Notes under the pieces: generated by a model
Seen by the model: only the letters and a program-made list of their open reading frames with translations
What the model was told of the DNA's origin: nothing
The model's database searches: none
Program-made: the position numbers and the translations under genes
Shown here: piece by piece, positions 36,079-48,350 of the stretch
How the letters are laid out: each line of letters begins with the position of its first letter
Numbering within the stretch: position 1 is the stretch's first letter
Assembly (NCBI GenBank): GCA_964106645.2
Contig: OZ067048.1
Reading direction: 5' to 3' (one strand)
DNA: 64,000 bases
Origin: Podarcis pityusensis
Taxonomy: Eukaryota

Positions 36079-36430
36079 AAAAGGTAAAGGGACCCCTGAC
36101 CATTTGGTCCAGTCATGGCCGACTCTGGGGTTGCGGCGCTCATCTCGCTTTATTGGCCGAGGGAGCCGGTGTACAGCTTCCGGGTCATGTGGCCAGCATG
36201 ACAAAGCCGCTTCTGGCAAACCAGAGCAGCGCATGGAAACGCCGTTTACCTTCCCGTCGGAGCAGTACCTATTTATCTACTTGCACTTTGATGTGCTTTC
36301 AAACTGCTAGGTTGGCAGGAGCAGGGACCGAGCAACGGAAGCTCACCCTGTTGCGGGGATTCGAACCACTGACTTTCTGATTGGCAAGTCCTAGGCTCTG
36401 TGGTTTAACTCACAGCGCCACCCGCGTCCC
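36079..36430 (-). mobile_element. Sauria SINE (tRNA-derived), full length
   Basis: GGGACGCGGGTGGCGCTGTG head with B box GTTCGAATCC, (ACCTTT) tail, TSD GAAGCTTA; near-identical to 57144-57490 and 61980-62320. Confidence 0.92.
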
Positions 36431-36554
36431 TCCAAAGAAGCTTAGTATGTAGTTTAAAAGAGATGCAGGGAAATCATTGGTGGGTCTGTACTGAGATTTC
36501 CAAAACCTGAGGATGGGCAAGATAATATTTTTAGGCAAGATCATGTTGTTTGTC

Positions 36555-36845
36555 GTAGAATTGGAAGGGACCCCAAGAGTCATCTAGTCCAACCCAATGC
36601 AATGCAAGAATCTCAACTAAAACATCCATGACAGAACTCAAAAACTACCAAGGAAGGGGAGTCCATCACCTCCCATGTGAGACCATTCCTGATGAGCAGC
36701 TCTTACTGTCAGAAAGTTCTTCCTGGTGTTTCGTCGGAACCACCTTTCTTGTAACTTGAATCCATTGTTTCGGGACCTAGTGTCTGAAAACAAGCTTGCT
36801 CCATCTTCCATGTGATAGGTCTTTAGATATTTGAAGATGGTTAAG
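36555..36845 (-). mobile_element. CR1 3' fragment
   Basis: Reverse complement of the CR1 tail at 29550-29900 (NGFKLQERWFR..RKNFLTVRA). Confidence 0.8.
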
Positions 36846-36955
36846 TGCTTTAGGTCTGTATTGTTAGCATCATGCTTTCGAAGCCTATGTTGGTAAGAGC
36901 TGTTGGTTCCAATTACCTGCCTGTACACCAGAAATATGATGTAGATGGTAAATTT

Positions 36956-38285
36956 TGTTGTTGTTGTTTAGTCATTTAGTCGTGTCCGACTCTTTGTGAC
37001 CCCCATGGACCAGAGCACGCCAGGCACTTCTGTCTTCCACTGCCTCCCGCAATTTAGTCAAACTCATGCTGGTAGCTTCGAGAACACTATCCAACCATCT
37101 CATCCTCTGTCATCCCCTTCTCCTTGTGCCTTCCATCTTTCCCAACATCAGGGTCTTTTCCAGGGAGTCTTCTCTTCTCATGAGGTGGCCAAAGTATTGG
37201 AGTCTCAGCTTCACGATCTGTCCTTCCAGTGAGCACTCAGGGCTGATTTCCTTAAGAATGGATAGGTTTGATCTTCTTGCAGTCCATGGGACTCTCAAGA
37301 GTCTCCTCCAGCACCATAATTCAAAAACATCAATTCTTCAGCGATCAGCCTTCTTTATGGTCCAGCTCTCACTTCCATACATCACTACTGGGAAAACCAT
37401 AGCTTTTATTATATGGACCTTTGTTGGCAAGGTGATGTCTCTACTTTTTAAGATGCTGCCTAGGTTTGTCATTGCTTTTCTCCCAAGAAGCAGGCGTCTT
37501 TTAATTTTGTGGCTGCTGTCAGCATCTGCAGTGATCATGGAGCCCAAGAAAGTAAAATCTCTCACTGCCTCCATTTCTTTCCCTTCTATTTGCCAGGAGG
37601 TGATGGGACCAGTGGCCATGATCTTCGTTTTTTTGATGTTGAGCTTCAGACCATATTTTGCACTCTCCTCTTTCACCCTCAATAAAAGGTTCTTTAATTC
37701 CTCCTCACTTTCTGCCATCAAGGTTGTGTCATCTGCATATCTGAGGTTGTTGATATTTCTTCCGGCAATCTTAATTCTGGCTAGGGATTCATCCAGCCCA
37801 GCCTTTCGCATGATGAATTCTGCATATAAGTTAAATAAGCAGGGAGAAAATATACAGCCTTGTCGTACTCCTTTCCCAATTTTGAACCAATCAGTTGTTC
37901 CATATCCAGTTCTAACTGTAGCTTCTTGTCCCACATAGAGATTTCTCAGGAGACAGATGAGGTGATCAGGCACTTCCATTTCTTTAAGAACTTGCCATAG
38001 TTTGCTGTGGTCGACACAGTCAAAGGCTTTTGCATAGTCAATGAAGCAGAAGTAGATGTCTTTCTGGAACTCTCTGGCTTTCTCCATAATCCAGCGCATG
38101 TTTGCAATTTGGTCTCTGGTTCCTCTGCCTCTTCTAAATCCAGCTTGCACTTCTGGGAGTTCTCGGTCCACATACTGCTTGAGCCTTCCTTGTAGAATTT
38201 TAAGCATAACCTTGCTAGCGTGTGAAATGAGTGCAATTGTGCGGCAGTTGGAGCATTCTTTGGCAATGCCCTTCTTTGGGATTGG
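36956..38285 (-). mobile_element. BovB (RTE) LINE, 5'-truncated, with RT domain
   Basis: ORF 37338-38336: RTIALISHASKVMLKILQ, FIDYAKAFDCVDH, KGVRQGC, NLRYADDTTLMAESEEELK; premature TGA at 37338; (CAA)n tail; 12-bp TSD GATGGTAAATTT (36944-55, 38286-97). Confidence 0.95.
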
Positions 38286-38319
38286 GATGGTAAATTTAGC
38301 TATTTGCAAACAGACGCAC

Positions 38320-38535
38320 CAGACCATAAGACGCACCTAGTTTTTGGAGGAGGAAAACAAGAAAAAAAATATTCTGAATCCCAGAAGCCAGAACAGCAAG
38401 AGGGATCACTGCGCAGCGATCCCTTTTGCTGTTCTGGCTTCTGGGATAGCTGCGCAGCCTGCATTCGCTCCACACACATTTCCCCTTACTTTTTAGGAGG
38501 GAAAAAGTGAGTCTTATAGAGCAAAAAATACGGTA
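38320..38535. mobile_element. Partial Tc1/mariner-type MITE
   Basis: ataagacgcacc ... gtcttatagagcaaaaaatacgg|ta terminus. Confidence 0.6.
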
Positions 38536-39333
38536 TTTGCCAGGGCTTTTTATGCCACAGTATTAATATTGGAAGCCTCCTCTTGGTCTGCAGAGGGCAG
38601 TAGAGTGGGGGAGAAGAGGGTAAATTCTGAACATTGACTATTAGTCAGATATTTTACATTATTTTCAATGGCTGAGAAGAACTCATGAAAAACAGTAGCC
38701 TGGTCCACCTTTCATCAAACACCACCGGGTATATTTTCAATACAAATTTTGAGGATTAGCCATGATCTTCTTGCTCACTTTTGACTACAGTCGAATTTCA
38801 AGCTACAGTGTTGAATTCCATTTCAGTTTCATTCTCTCTTATTTTCCAGTGCTTCTATAACGCATGGTGGTTGTTTTCCTCCTTTGTGAAATGAACGCCA
38901 AAAAGAAGCACTCTTTATCATCTGAGGTACATTGTGCTCATTTGTCGACTGTCAAGAGTTGTCCCCATAAACTACATCCTGTTAATTTCTAAAAGCCACA
39001 GATCTTATGATCCAAATTCTCTGTTGAATGCAGCCATGTAGTGGTTGTCACTATGACCGTAATCTGTCATGACTATTTAGTTCTATACAGTTCAGAACAA
39101 CATTTTTCAAGGCTACCTGTCAGTTTCTGTAGGATTGTACTGGTGCTTGCAGCAGACATAATCTTTCCTACTCTTGTGTTTCCCTCTCCCTGACAAGGGC
39201 TGAGCGAGTTTCAGCAGCTTAGCTGCACTCCCTTGCCTAGGAGGGCCTTAGTGAATTCCACTTCCTGGTTGGCAGAGGCCAAATAAAGAACCAGGAGGAA
39301 GGCAGGAAATACCACCTAAATAATCTTGTAGAT

Positions 39334-39507
39334 CAGAGCTTTACAAACTGTGTCATGACACATTGTCATCTGCAGTGTGTAGGTGTGCCCGGGGCTGGGA
39401 AGGGGTTAATTTAAGCTGCGGTTTGTTAGTAAAACTGAATTACTGTGTCGTGAAATGATCCGTATCTAAAATGTGTGTTACCAGCAGGAAAAGTTTGAAA
39501 ACCTCTG
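39334..39507. mobile_element. hAT MITE
   Basis: CAGAG(C)TTT..AAAC / GTTT..AAACCTCTG TIRs, imperfect 8-bp TSD TTGTAGAT/CTGTAGAG. Confidence 0.7.
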
Positions 39508-40416
39508 CTGTAGAGACATTTCTTTTCTATTTAAAAATTACAAGAGTTTCCAATGATCTAGTGAAATTTATGTTGGAAGCAGAACTGTACGGATGCTATG
39601 GGCCTAACAATGAATCGTATGGGACATTATGAATGATTATTAGATGACAGTCAACATCATGTAAGTTTTTAATTATTTGCATGATTTTATTACTATGCAA
39701 ATAAAGAGCACTCCCAGACAGAAAGTGCTGGCACAACATAAAATATTTTTGTATGTATTGTGAGGCTCCACTCAAATTCCTCTCCTCTTTTCCTCTTTCA
39801 TTTGTTCATTTTTGAATGGTGCTAATTTCCTAATGTCTTGCGTATACTTTGCAACGAGGAAAAACATGATTGGTTAAATGTTCTGGAAACTGATGCATAT
39901 TTGGGATGGTTCTTTTTCTGATGCCAGACTTAAATGTTGTTTTTTTAAAGCATATTTTGTAAGCCACTTTGGGAATGGTTATAAAACAGAATATGATAAA
40001 TAATACCCACTCACACCATGTGGGGAGCCACTTACACAAAATTGCCACAAGATGCTCCGCTCATGTGGTTGAACTACAGTACAAGCTGCTGCCCTTGCAG
40101 CCTGCTGCATATATAAATTGGGCCACTAAATAGGTAACAGTTAAATTTCCATTAACCATATATTTACAAAAACTGCTTCCTGGTTTTGCTACCAGTTGGT
40201 AACGTTAGCATGCAGATTTGCAGCAAGTGACAATTTCTCTCTGCTTTATTCCACAATGTTTAGCCTTCATAAAATATTTGATGTTAAAATTTTATCTGTC
40301 CTGTCATCCTAAAATCCCTCATGGGTTTTAAATAATCCATTTTGTCACTGCTTAGTAGGGATACTGTTACAGTCAGTGTAACTAGAGGAAATATAATGTC
40401 AAGAAAGAGTGTGATT

Positions 40417-40997
40417 CATAGTGGTCAACTTACAGATTTGAAAATAAGGGACCAGCAGCCTTGAAAATAAGGGACCAGCAGCCAAAATAAGGGACCTGCA
40501 GGCTCACCTGTTCCAGGCACTCCAGTCTTCCTGTCCTCCTACAGTCTGGTCAAACTCATGCTGGTAGCTTCGAGAACACTGTCCAACCAACTTTGGAACC
40601 AGAGGTTCAACTGAATAGAATCTGAATCACATGCACCACAAGGCCTATGCAGCCTCAACTTAAGATGGCTCCCCGGCCTGGCTTTGCACTGCAAAGATTG
40701 CAGCAGCACGTGCAACAAAATGGCGTCCAGCATTCAAAAACCCCCTCAGCTTGCATTAACTAGCCACACACAAGGCATTCAAGCTCCACCCCGCAGTCGT
40801 TCTTAGACTTCTTATTGGGTGAGCAACACAGCCAAGAAACACAGTTGGAGCCTCCCTCCTCCCTGGCCGGCAGGGAGGGAGGGAGAGGAGCTGCTTTCTT
40901 TGAAATTTAAGGGACATCCATCAGTAAGGGACAGCAGCGGGACATGGCGCTGAAATAAGGGACTGTCCCTTCAAATAAGGGACACTTGACAGCTATG
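40417..40997. mobile_element. Non-autonomous hAT element with AAATAAGGGAC subterminal repeats and an internal BovB fragment
   Basis: CATAG..GTCAA / TTGAC..CTATG TIRs, perfect 8-bp TSD GTGTGATT; 40512-40590 matches the BovB 3' region. Confidence 0.85.
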
Positions 40998-42026
40998 GTG
41001 TGATTGTATGCACACTGGTGCACAGACATAAAGTAGTGCTTCCTGGGAGTTGTATATGGGATAAAGGGTTGCTGTACTCCTTAAATCATTTAAATCAGGA
41101 ACAATATTGTTGGGATGCACTGACAGGTGCTAACACCATTCCAGACATAGTGTACACCCTAACCTCACAACTGCACCAGTAATTGGTCCAGCCTGCACTG
41201 TGGGTTGCTATCTGGTCACATATTAGCATGAATTTCCTGTGAAATCAGTCTCCAGAATGGAGTTGGTTTACAGACTGAAATGTATAGATTATTTTGATAG
41301 GAATAATATTTCTCCTTCCTCCTCAATCTCCGATGTTGTGGCTTTTCGTCACATCTATTAACATCTCCGTGTTCTGTTCAAGCAGGGCAGAATTATCTAC
41401 ACACGTGATAGGGCAGCCCAGAGAAGAACAAAATCCTGTTTGCTCTAACATCCTGCAAGCATGGATGGGATGATGGTGTCTGGAACCGGCAGTTGCCTTT
41501 CCTGGATTGCTAAGTGCCAAACCAAGACCAAAGTATTTATGCAAAGTGCCACGAAAGCTCAAAATCCCCCAAATCAGTCCTGAAGCTATAAATGAAGAAG
41601 TAATCATCATTAGTTACTTCCAAATATTTAGCTACAGGTAAAACTTTTGTGACTTTCTTAAGGCTGATATCCAAAGTGCCATGCTTGCTGTTCTAACTTG
41701 CTCATGGCAGTAGCTCTCTTCAACTTCCTTTATCTATTAGAAGCCCTTCATAGCCTGTTCTAGTCAGGAGGGCACCAGAGGATCACCCTGTGAAGCACAA
41801 TACTGCTTCTGCCCCCAGGTATGTGTGACATGCTTCCTGTTTCTGCATGAAGGACTTTGGATCCCCGGCACAATATGCTATCTTCACCTGTTTGTAAAGC
41901 AAACAAGATCACTGTGAAACTAGTTATCTATTGTATTTGTGTTAGCTATCTTCTTGGTGAAATTGTTTGCCTTCCTTGCAATGTTTGTTCTTCTACTGTG
42001 CTAGTACTACAGATGCTTGTTTCACT

Positions 42027-42190
42027 CATGGGCATAGCCATGGGGTTGCAAAGGGAGCAACTGCCCCTCCTAAATGAAGTAAATAAATAAAAACGCTTAA
42101 CTAACTGACCAATTGCATTACAGATGACTTGGTTCTGTCTCCACAACATAAAGCCTGCCCACCCTAAAATAAATTCTAGCTACGCCCATG
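42027..42190. mobile_element. hAT-type MITE
   Basis: CATGGGCATAGC / GCTACGCCCATG TIRs, TSD GTTTCACT. Confidence 0.88.
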
Positions 42191-42710
42191 GTTTCACTGT
42201 GTATATTTTTTACCATTAATATGAGTTACACGTTATACCCTACATAAAAAGTTTCCATGTCTGTCGCTGGTGATCTTGGGGTACTGAAGAAATTTAGAGT
42301 TAAAAACTGGCAGCTGATAATACAAGGTTTGATACAACAGCACCGAACTAATTTGGTATCAATTAACCAGTTCTGGTGTGTATCATCTCATTCTTTTTTA
42401 AAAATTTATTTAGATTTTCAGGTTTACAATCCTAAACTAAGACAATTTCCATAAGTTCCCTTTGACTTCCCTCCTCCCCTTTTGTAGTTCCTCATGTTAA
42501 CTTTTTCTCTTGCCTCTTCTCTGTTAATCCAATTCTATTAAATCTTCAGTAAAACCATAATTTTAATTGTTTACAATGATTTTTTAAGCAGCCTCACATT
42601 ACTACACTGGACTGGCCATTTTCTTGCTCGTTTCTTGTGATCCAGTTAAACAGCTCTTATAAAAGAATGACCATTGATTCTCAGTTGATGGGACACAAAT
42701 GGGGAGAGTA

Positions 42711-42953
42711 CAACCATACCTTGGAAGTTGAATGGAATCTGTTCCGGAACTCCATTCAACTTCCAAAATTTTCGAAAACCAAATTGCGGCTTCTGATTGG
42801 CTGCAGGAAGCTCCTGCTGCCCATCATAAGTCCCATCAGACGTTGTGGGTTCCAAAAGAACATTTGCAAACTGGAACAATCACTTCTGGGTTTGCGGCGT
42901 TTGGGAGCTAAAACGTCTGAGTTCCAGGGCGTTCGGGATTCGAGGTACGACTG
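42711..42953. mobile_element. Tc1/mariner-pogo-type MITE
   Basis: TA|CAACCATACCTTG ... CGAGGTACGACTG|TA. Confidence 0.75.
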
Positions 42954-45009
42954 TACTGTTGTGTCCTGGTTGCAGGCTTCACATGGACATCTGGTTGGGC
43001 ATTGTGAGAACAGGATGCTGGACTAGATGGCCCTTTGGTCCAATTCAGCAGGGCTCTTCTTAAGGTTATGATTCATGAGTCATCATGATTCATGGATAAG
43101 TCTATCAATGGCTACTAGCCATTATGGCTGTGTATTATCCATGGGGGAGCCCACAGGAGGTCAAGGGTTCACTTACATTACAATAAAGTAGTACATTTAG
43201 TAGTAAGCACACTCACATCCTGAGGTTTAGAGTGATCTCTGAGATCGCTCTTATTGAGGATGGATGTCACGCCAGGACAGCACTTTTCTGGAAAAGAGCT
43301 TTCCTGGACGAGCAGACAGCTCATCTCCATGCTGCTTGTTCTGATGTAGTGATGCTGCTTCTGTAAATGTTACAAGATTTGGAAACCCTAGAAATACAAT
43401 GACAATATAAACAGAGGTGTTGTGGTCCTCGGGTGGTGAGTTTGGGGTGTTCCTGGACCTGCTCCTGCTTTTTGAGAGGTAGGTGGGGACAGTGGCCAAA
43501 AACAGAAACAAAAAGTGCTGACATGGTTCTCAAGAAATGGGTAGCAAAAATCGCTTTCTTGGGAAACAGAAACTTACTTGCTACAGGATTGATCAGTTGA
43601 AAGTAGAAAGGAAAAGTACAGTGTTTTCCTGTATTAGGTTGTTAGAGAAAGCAAAGAAGCAGAGCTGTTGCTCTTTCTTTAGCTATGGATATCTGCAACT
43701 ACTTCAAGAAGCAGAAGATAGCTAGAAGGCCTCAGATACATACCCGAGGACTGCCCATGGCACCAGAATTTTGGTTCACCTCAAGAGACCGGTGTGGGTA
43801 TCAGCCATAATGCAGTCTGGGACATATTCCCCTTTGCCTTCCTCCTCCCTGCTCTGGCCCTCTTGTCTCCATTGAATGCTACATGACATGAACGCAAGCA
43901 TCCTGGCTTTAACTGCAGCAGAACAGCAAGGCAAGACGGCATATTCAAACTTCAAAAAGGAGTCCCTGATACAGGCCTGTTGCTAAAGCGCACTGCCTGG
44001 CTAGAGGTTAATTTCTCCCCATTATGTATCATTCATAACAAGGCTAAGGGTAGATGAAGGGTTGTTTATCTAAAAATTGTTAAGTCAGCACAAGTCGTGC
44101 TGCACATCTTCCCTGGGGCAAGGAGAAGAGCCATAAAAATTTGGGGCCCTACCATTTTCTCAGGTAAGCAAGGAGACATTCTCACCTTTCATTTGGATGT
44201 CATTAAAACCACTCCCGCACACTCCCACAGGTAGACACGTCTGTGAGAGGTAAAAGCATATCCAGGAAATCTGTTTTTGAAATGTTAATTAGCCTTTTTG
44301 AGCTCCACCTGGTTCCTCTTTCTAGGTGCTCTCACAAAGGCAGCTTTCATTGGACTGAAGGCCCCAAAGTTCTGGAGGAGGTCCTGGTGCCTCAGGTTTG
44401 GAGCATATCCCAGATGGATGAACCTTGCAGGCATGAGGCATCCCACTCCTGCTTTTAATCAAGAGCTCCTCCACATCTTTTCATCCACCCGGCAGCCAGG
44501 CGTTTCCCAATCTGAGCCAAGAGAAGTATATCTTTACAACCCATTTCTGTCTCTGGGAATTTGTATGACACTTGGTTGTACTCCAAACCTTCCATTTTTC
44601 CTTTTTCTTGTATGGAATTCTTAAATTCTTTCACTTAGAGTTATGAATGTGTTAGGGCGATAATCAAATGCACCTGCTTAGGCTGTTGTACATAAATTAG
44701 TCCTCAACTGCACTGTGATTTATATGCTTTCATATCCTTTTTTACTTTACAATAAACGGAAGTTTCCTTTTGAAAATGTTGCCTGGCTCTTCATTCTTGG
44801 TTGCACACCACACTTAGGCACATTCAGAACAGTGCCTATTTGCCTTTCAGCAAAAAGGAAAAAGGGGGGAAAGTCACCCCAAAGAGGTGGGTGGAAAGGG
44901 ACTAGTTACAGGTAGGTAGCCGTGTTGGTCTGTTGTAGTCAAAACAAAACAAAAAAGAAAAAAGGAATTTTTTTATTTTGGAAAGGGACTGTTCAACTTG
45001 AACAGGAAA

Positions 45010-45790
45010 ACCTGGATATGGGGAACTACATAGAAAGCAGATTCTCCACCAGATATGTTAAAAGTGGGGCTGCTAACTGAATGCTGGACCCCTACAGAAA
45101 GGTATGCAGTCATGGATTTTGCCATGCATGGCTTCTCCCTGATTAACATACTTAGCTTTTTTAAAAAAAAACTTGTATGTCATTTTTGCATTTTATTTCC
45201 CTAACCAGTAGTACAAGGGGTACAGGGCACATGCATTACCAAATTTGTACCAAGTACAAAGACTACAATGAAACTGCAAGAGAGCACTCAAAATGGATGG
45301 TACAGTAGATCAGATGAAGATGCTTCTAACATCCTGTCATGAACAGGAAAAAGGTGCCAGTTGCACAGCAGCTTATTGAGTTTTCTGCAAAAGCTTTTGA
45401 GGAAAATAAACAGAAGCTGTACAATAGAATAACCATTGTGGGTCACATAACCTCGGTCTTCGTAATAAGACCAGTATATAAAGCAGCTGACATGATAGAC
45501 CTCTTACAGTTTTGTGTTGAGACAGAGTATGAATTGTTTGGTGTTTTTTTTTTTTAATGGGAACTGGGTCAGGCATCTGTAACAACACGGAATGCGTTAA
45601 TAAAGTTGTGTAGCCAAATTATGAGGGAGATCCTGTAGTCAAGGCTAACACATCTATGAGATTCTCAGTTTTAGCCAAGGAAACAGCATATATTTCTGGC
45701 ATAGGGCAACTGTCTCCAGGTGTAAGATTTGTGGGAAAATGTGATTGAAATGCATCTATACATGGGGCAATTTCTTGGGGGACTCTCTAC
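45010..45790 (+). pseudogene. Fossil hAT transposase (ZMYM1/THAP12-like, DUF4371-type), multiply frameshifted
   Basis: Colinear peptide blocks in different frames: LLTECWTP, KYKDYNETAREHS, VPVAQQL..EENKQKL, CGSHNLGLRNK, DLLQFCVE, TTRNALIKLCSQIMRE, FSVLAKETAYISGIGQLSPGVRFV (cf. FSxLADETxDISxxEQLSxxVRFV). Confidence 0.7.
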
Positions 45791-47289
45791 TGCAAACACA
45801 ACAATAATTTTCACCAATCCAAATTACCATGCTTGTGAAACGCTCAAAATGCAAGATGATATCCTAGGATCATAACAAATCAGGAACTGAGGTGCCACCT
45901 GCAAAATGCGCTTTGAGCCACCACACATCATGCACCCACACATCCAGGTGAGGGTCTTCTACAAGATGGCATTGGATCCCACCTGGCCCAGAGCCCCCTC
46001 CAAGTGCATGGCACGGTCAAGCGTACTAATGCTCACCAGCAGCAGCCCAAACATGTATGGGGTGGGGGGAATCAAGAACTGGGGGTCTCAATCACAGAAC
46101 ATGCTTTGGGCTACCACAGATCAGACACCTACACAACTGGGAGGGTGTCATCTGTGATACGGCATTTTAATCCATCAGACTCATGGGTCCATGACGCTGT
46201 AGTCAAGTGCATCTAGACACACCAACAATAGCCAAAATTGGGGCAGGGCAAAGAACTAGGGAAATGGGAACCCAAAATATAGGTCTTGGCCAAAAGATGG
46301 ATCCTATGACTCAACAGAAGAGGGCAGAGCTTGCATTTGATCTTAATTGGCAATGCCCATGACATTAACTTGGAGGTGGATTGGTCCAACATGCATAGTC
46401 AAATCTTAGCTAAGTATATGGCCAGCTGGTTTTCCATAGCCGTTTTTGTTTCTTTTAAAAGCTGCTTGGCCAACAAGCATCAGGTTACTATTTGGTGACA
46501 AACCACGAAACTACTGCACTACCGTAAGTCATTTCCCTTATGGGTCATCCTCACATTTATCTCCCTCCAAAATGACCAAGTTCCAGTTCGAAAATGATAC
46601 TGATATCACACCACCTTTACCACCTGTGGGAGGAAGATAATTTATCAGTTGATGTGGGAGAGAAGCATCGCCTGCCAAATTCCTACTTGCTACGCAGTTG
46701 TCACGCAGAGGAGCCCTGCCAGAATTTTTACCCAATAGGAACAGTATGCGCGGTAATTCTTACGCCCTGTTTGATTCAGTGAAACGTGGAAAGGTTAAAG
46801 ATGGGAGGGGGAAAGCCCTAGAAGCCGCAAATGGATACTCAAAATAATTTAACTCGCCCCCACCCCCGATCTCTTAAAACAGACATTACTTGCGCTCACA
46901 ACCAAGGGCTGGGAAAATGGTAGCTACTAGGATGTCTTTACTGCATGTTTATGGCTAGCAACCCGATCCTAAGCGTGTTTACTCAGAGCTCACGTCTACT
47001 TGGCTCAGTGGGATTTATGATTGGGTTTAGGATCGCAGCCGGATCCGATTCTAATCCGGTTGTGGGTGGGGTGTGCGTGCAAGTCAATGCTTGGCCATAT
47101 AGGAAACAACGATGGCGAATTATTCCAGATTAATACACACACACACACACACACACACACACCCCATAGCTGTCAACGTTTGCCTTTTTTTTAAAGGAAA
47201 TTCCCTTATTCCAAATAGGATTCCTCGCAAGAAAAGGGAAAAGTTGACAGCTATGACACACACGCAACTACAGGAACAGATACTGCAAG

Positions 47290-48350
47290 TGCTGCGAAAC
47301 GGAGCGTCGACCTCTCCTCCTGGATGTGGCGCCGATGGCCGCGGAGCAAGGCGCCTAGCCAGACAAGCTGCGAGCTTCCTCTCCCGCCGCCTGCTCTTGA
47401 GGCCGAGGCGGCAGGCGCTGCTCCGTCTGAAGCAGCCCAGCCCAGGCAGGGGGAGGGATTGCACAAGCCCCGGAGCAGAAAATAGTCGGCCGGGGTTGGT
47501 GCGAGAGGCGAAGCTAGCCGGGGACGCCGCCGTGCCGAGAAGAAGGGGAAGCGCAGCAGCGCCGGAGACCCTCTTCCCCCCCCCTTCTTTCTGTTTTTTT
47601 GGCCTTCGTCGTCATCCGGGCTGTTGTTTTCCCTGCTGTCGACCGATATTATTGCATGCATGCAGCGGATTTGAGCACCGGCCGCCGCAGCCGCCCGGGC
47701 AACATGCAGCTGTCTCCCTGCGGGGCGGAGGAAGCGGAGTGAGGAGGAGCCGCAGTGGCGGGTTTCTGCTTTCTTCTTCTTCATTTGCGTGTGTGTTTCT
47801 CCTCCTCCCGCCACCCCGCCTTGTTTGGGCTTTTTGCTCGCGGGAAAATGGAGCCTTTCCCCAGTAACGGTGAGTACGACAGCTCCTTCCTCCCTTCTGT
47901 CTCTCTGTCTGGCCTTTCGGCTCGCCAGCTGTAACCAGACTCCTCCTCGCCCCTCATGCTGTTGCTGCTGCTGGAGGAGAGCTCCGAGGGTGGCAGAAAG
48001 CACCCGGCCCCGAGGCGGCAACAAGAGAGAGGCCGTGCGCCCCGGCGGCTGTGCCGGGAAAGGGAGACTTGCTGCATCCGCGCAAGGCCGCGCGCAGCCT
48101 GAAGGTCAGGGGGTCGCCTCCCCAAAAGGAAAGCGCCGGGGTGAAGGAGCCATGCGCGCGCGCCCACCCTCCGCCTCGCCTCCACCCGCAACTTGAAGCT
48201 CTGAGCTAAGCGACCCCCGAGGCTCCTGGAAAGGAAAGTTTGGCGGGAGGAAGCCTCCTCGTGGCCTGAAGCGAGGCGCTTCTGAGGCGCACTAGCGCCT
48301 CTGTTTTGGAAAAGTAGGAGCGCCCAGCTAGGCGACCCTTCCAGGGAGGA
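47290..48350 (+). promoter_or_regulatory. LNPEP: LNPEP CpG-island promoter, 5' UTR and start of intron 1
   Basis: High GC and CpG density surrounding the first coding exon. Confidence 0.85.
47848..47869 (+). CDS. LNPEP: LNPEP exon 1 coding part (MEPFPSN)
   Basis: Kozak AAAATGG, donor G|GTGAGT at 47870, phase 1 fits exon 2. Confidence 0.9.

Noticed and set aside
37066-37938. 290-aa + strand ORF
   Set aside because: Antisense mirror of the BovB RT frame; no independent evidence.
40440-40500. Short direct repeats (also 49998-50071, 2290-2400) superficially like a CRISPR array
   Set aside because: Eukaryotic DNA, no unique spacers, no cas genes; these are transposon subterminal or tandem repeats.
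41300-41640. Exon-like segment (pyrimidine tract plus AG ~41385, CAG|GTAAAA ~41638) and a 95-aa - strand ORF
   Set aside because: No aminopeptidase similarity or recognisable domain; a lncRNA exon cannot be supported without transcript data.
43430-43500. FGVFLDLLLLFER*VGTVA, resembling an L2 RT C-terminal block
   Set aside because: Probably an old L2 scrap; too short to delimit and of little interest.
44100-44520. Possible decayed Gypsy integrase/chromodomain (HKNLGPYHF, FHW, ELLHIF)
   Set aside because: Similarity is too short and fragmentary to support without a profile search.
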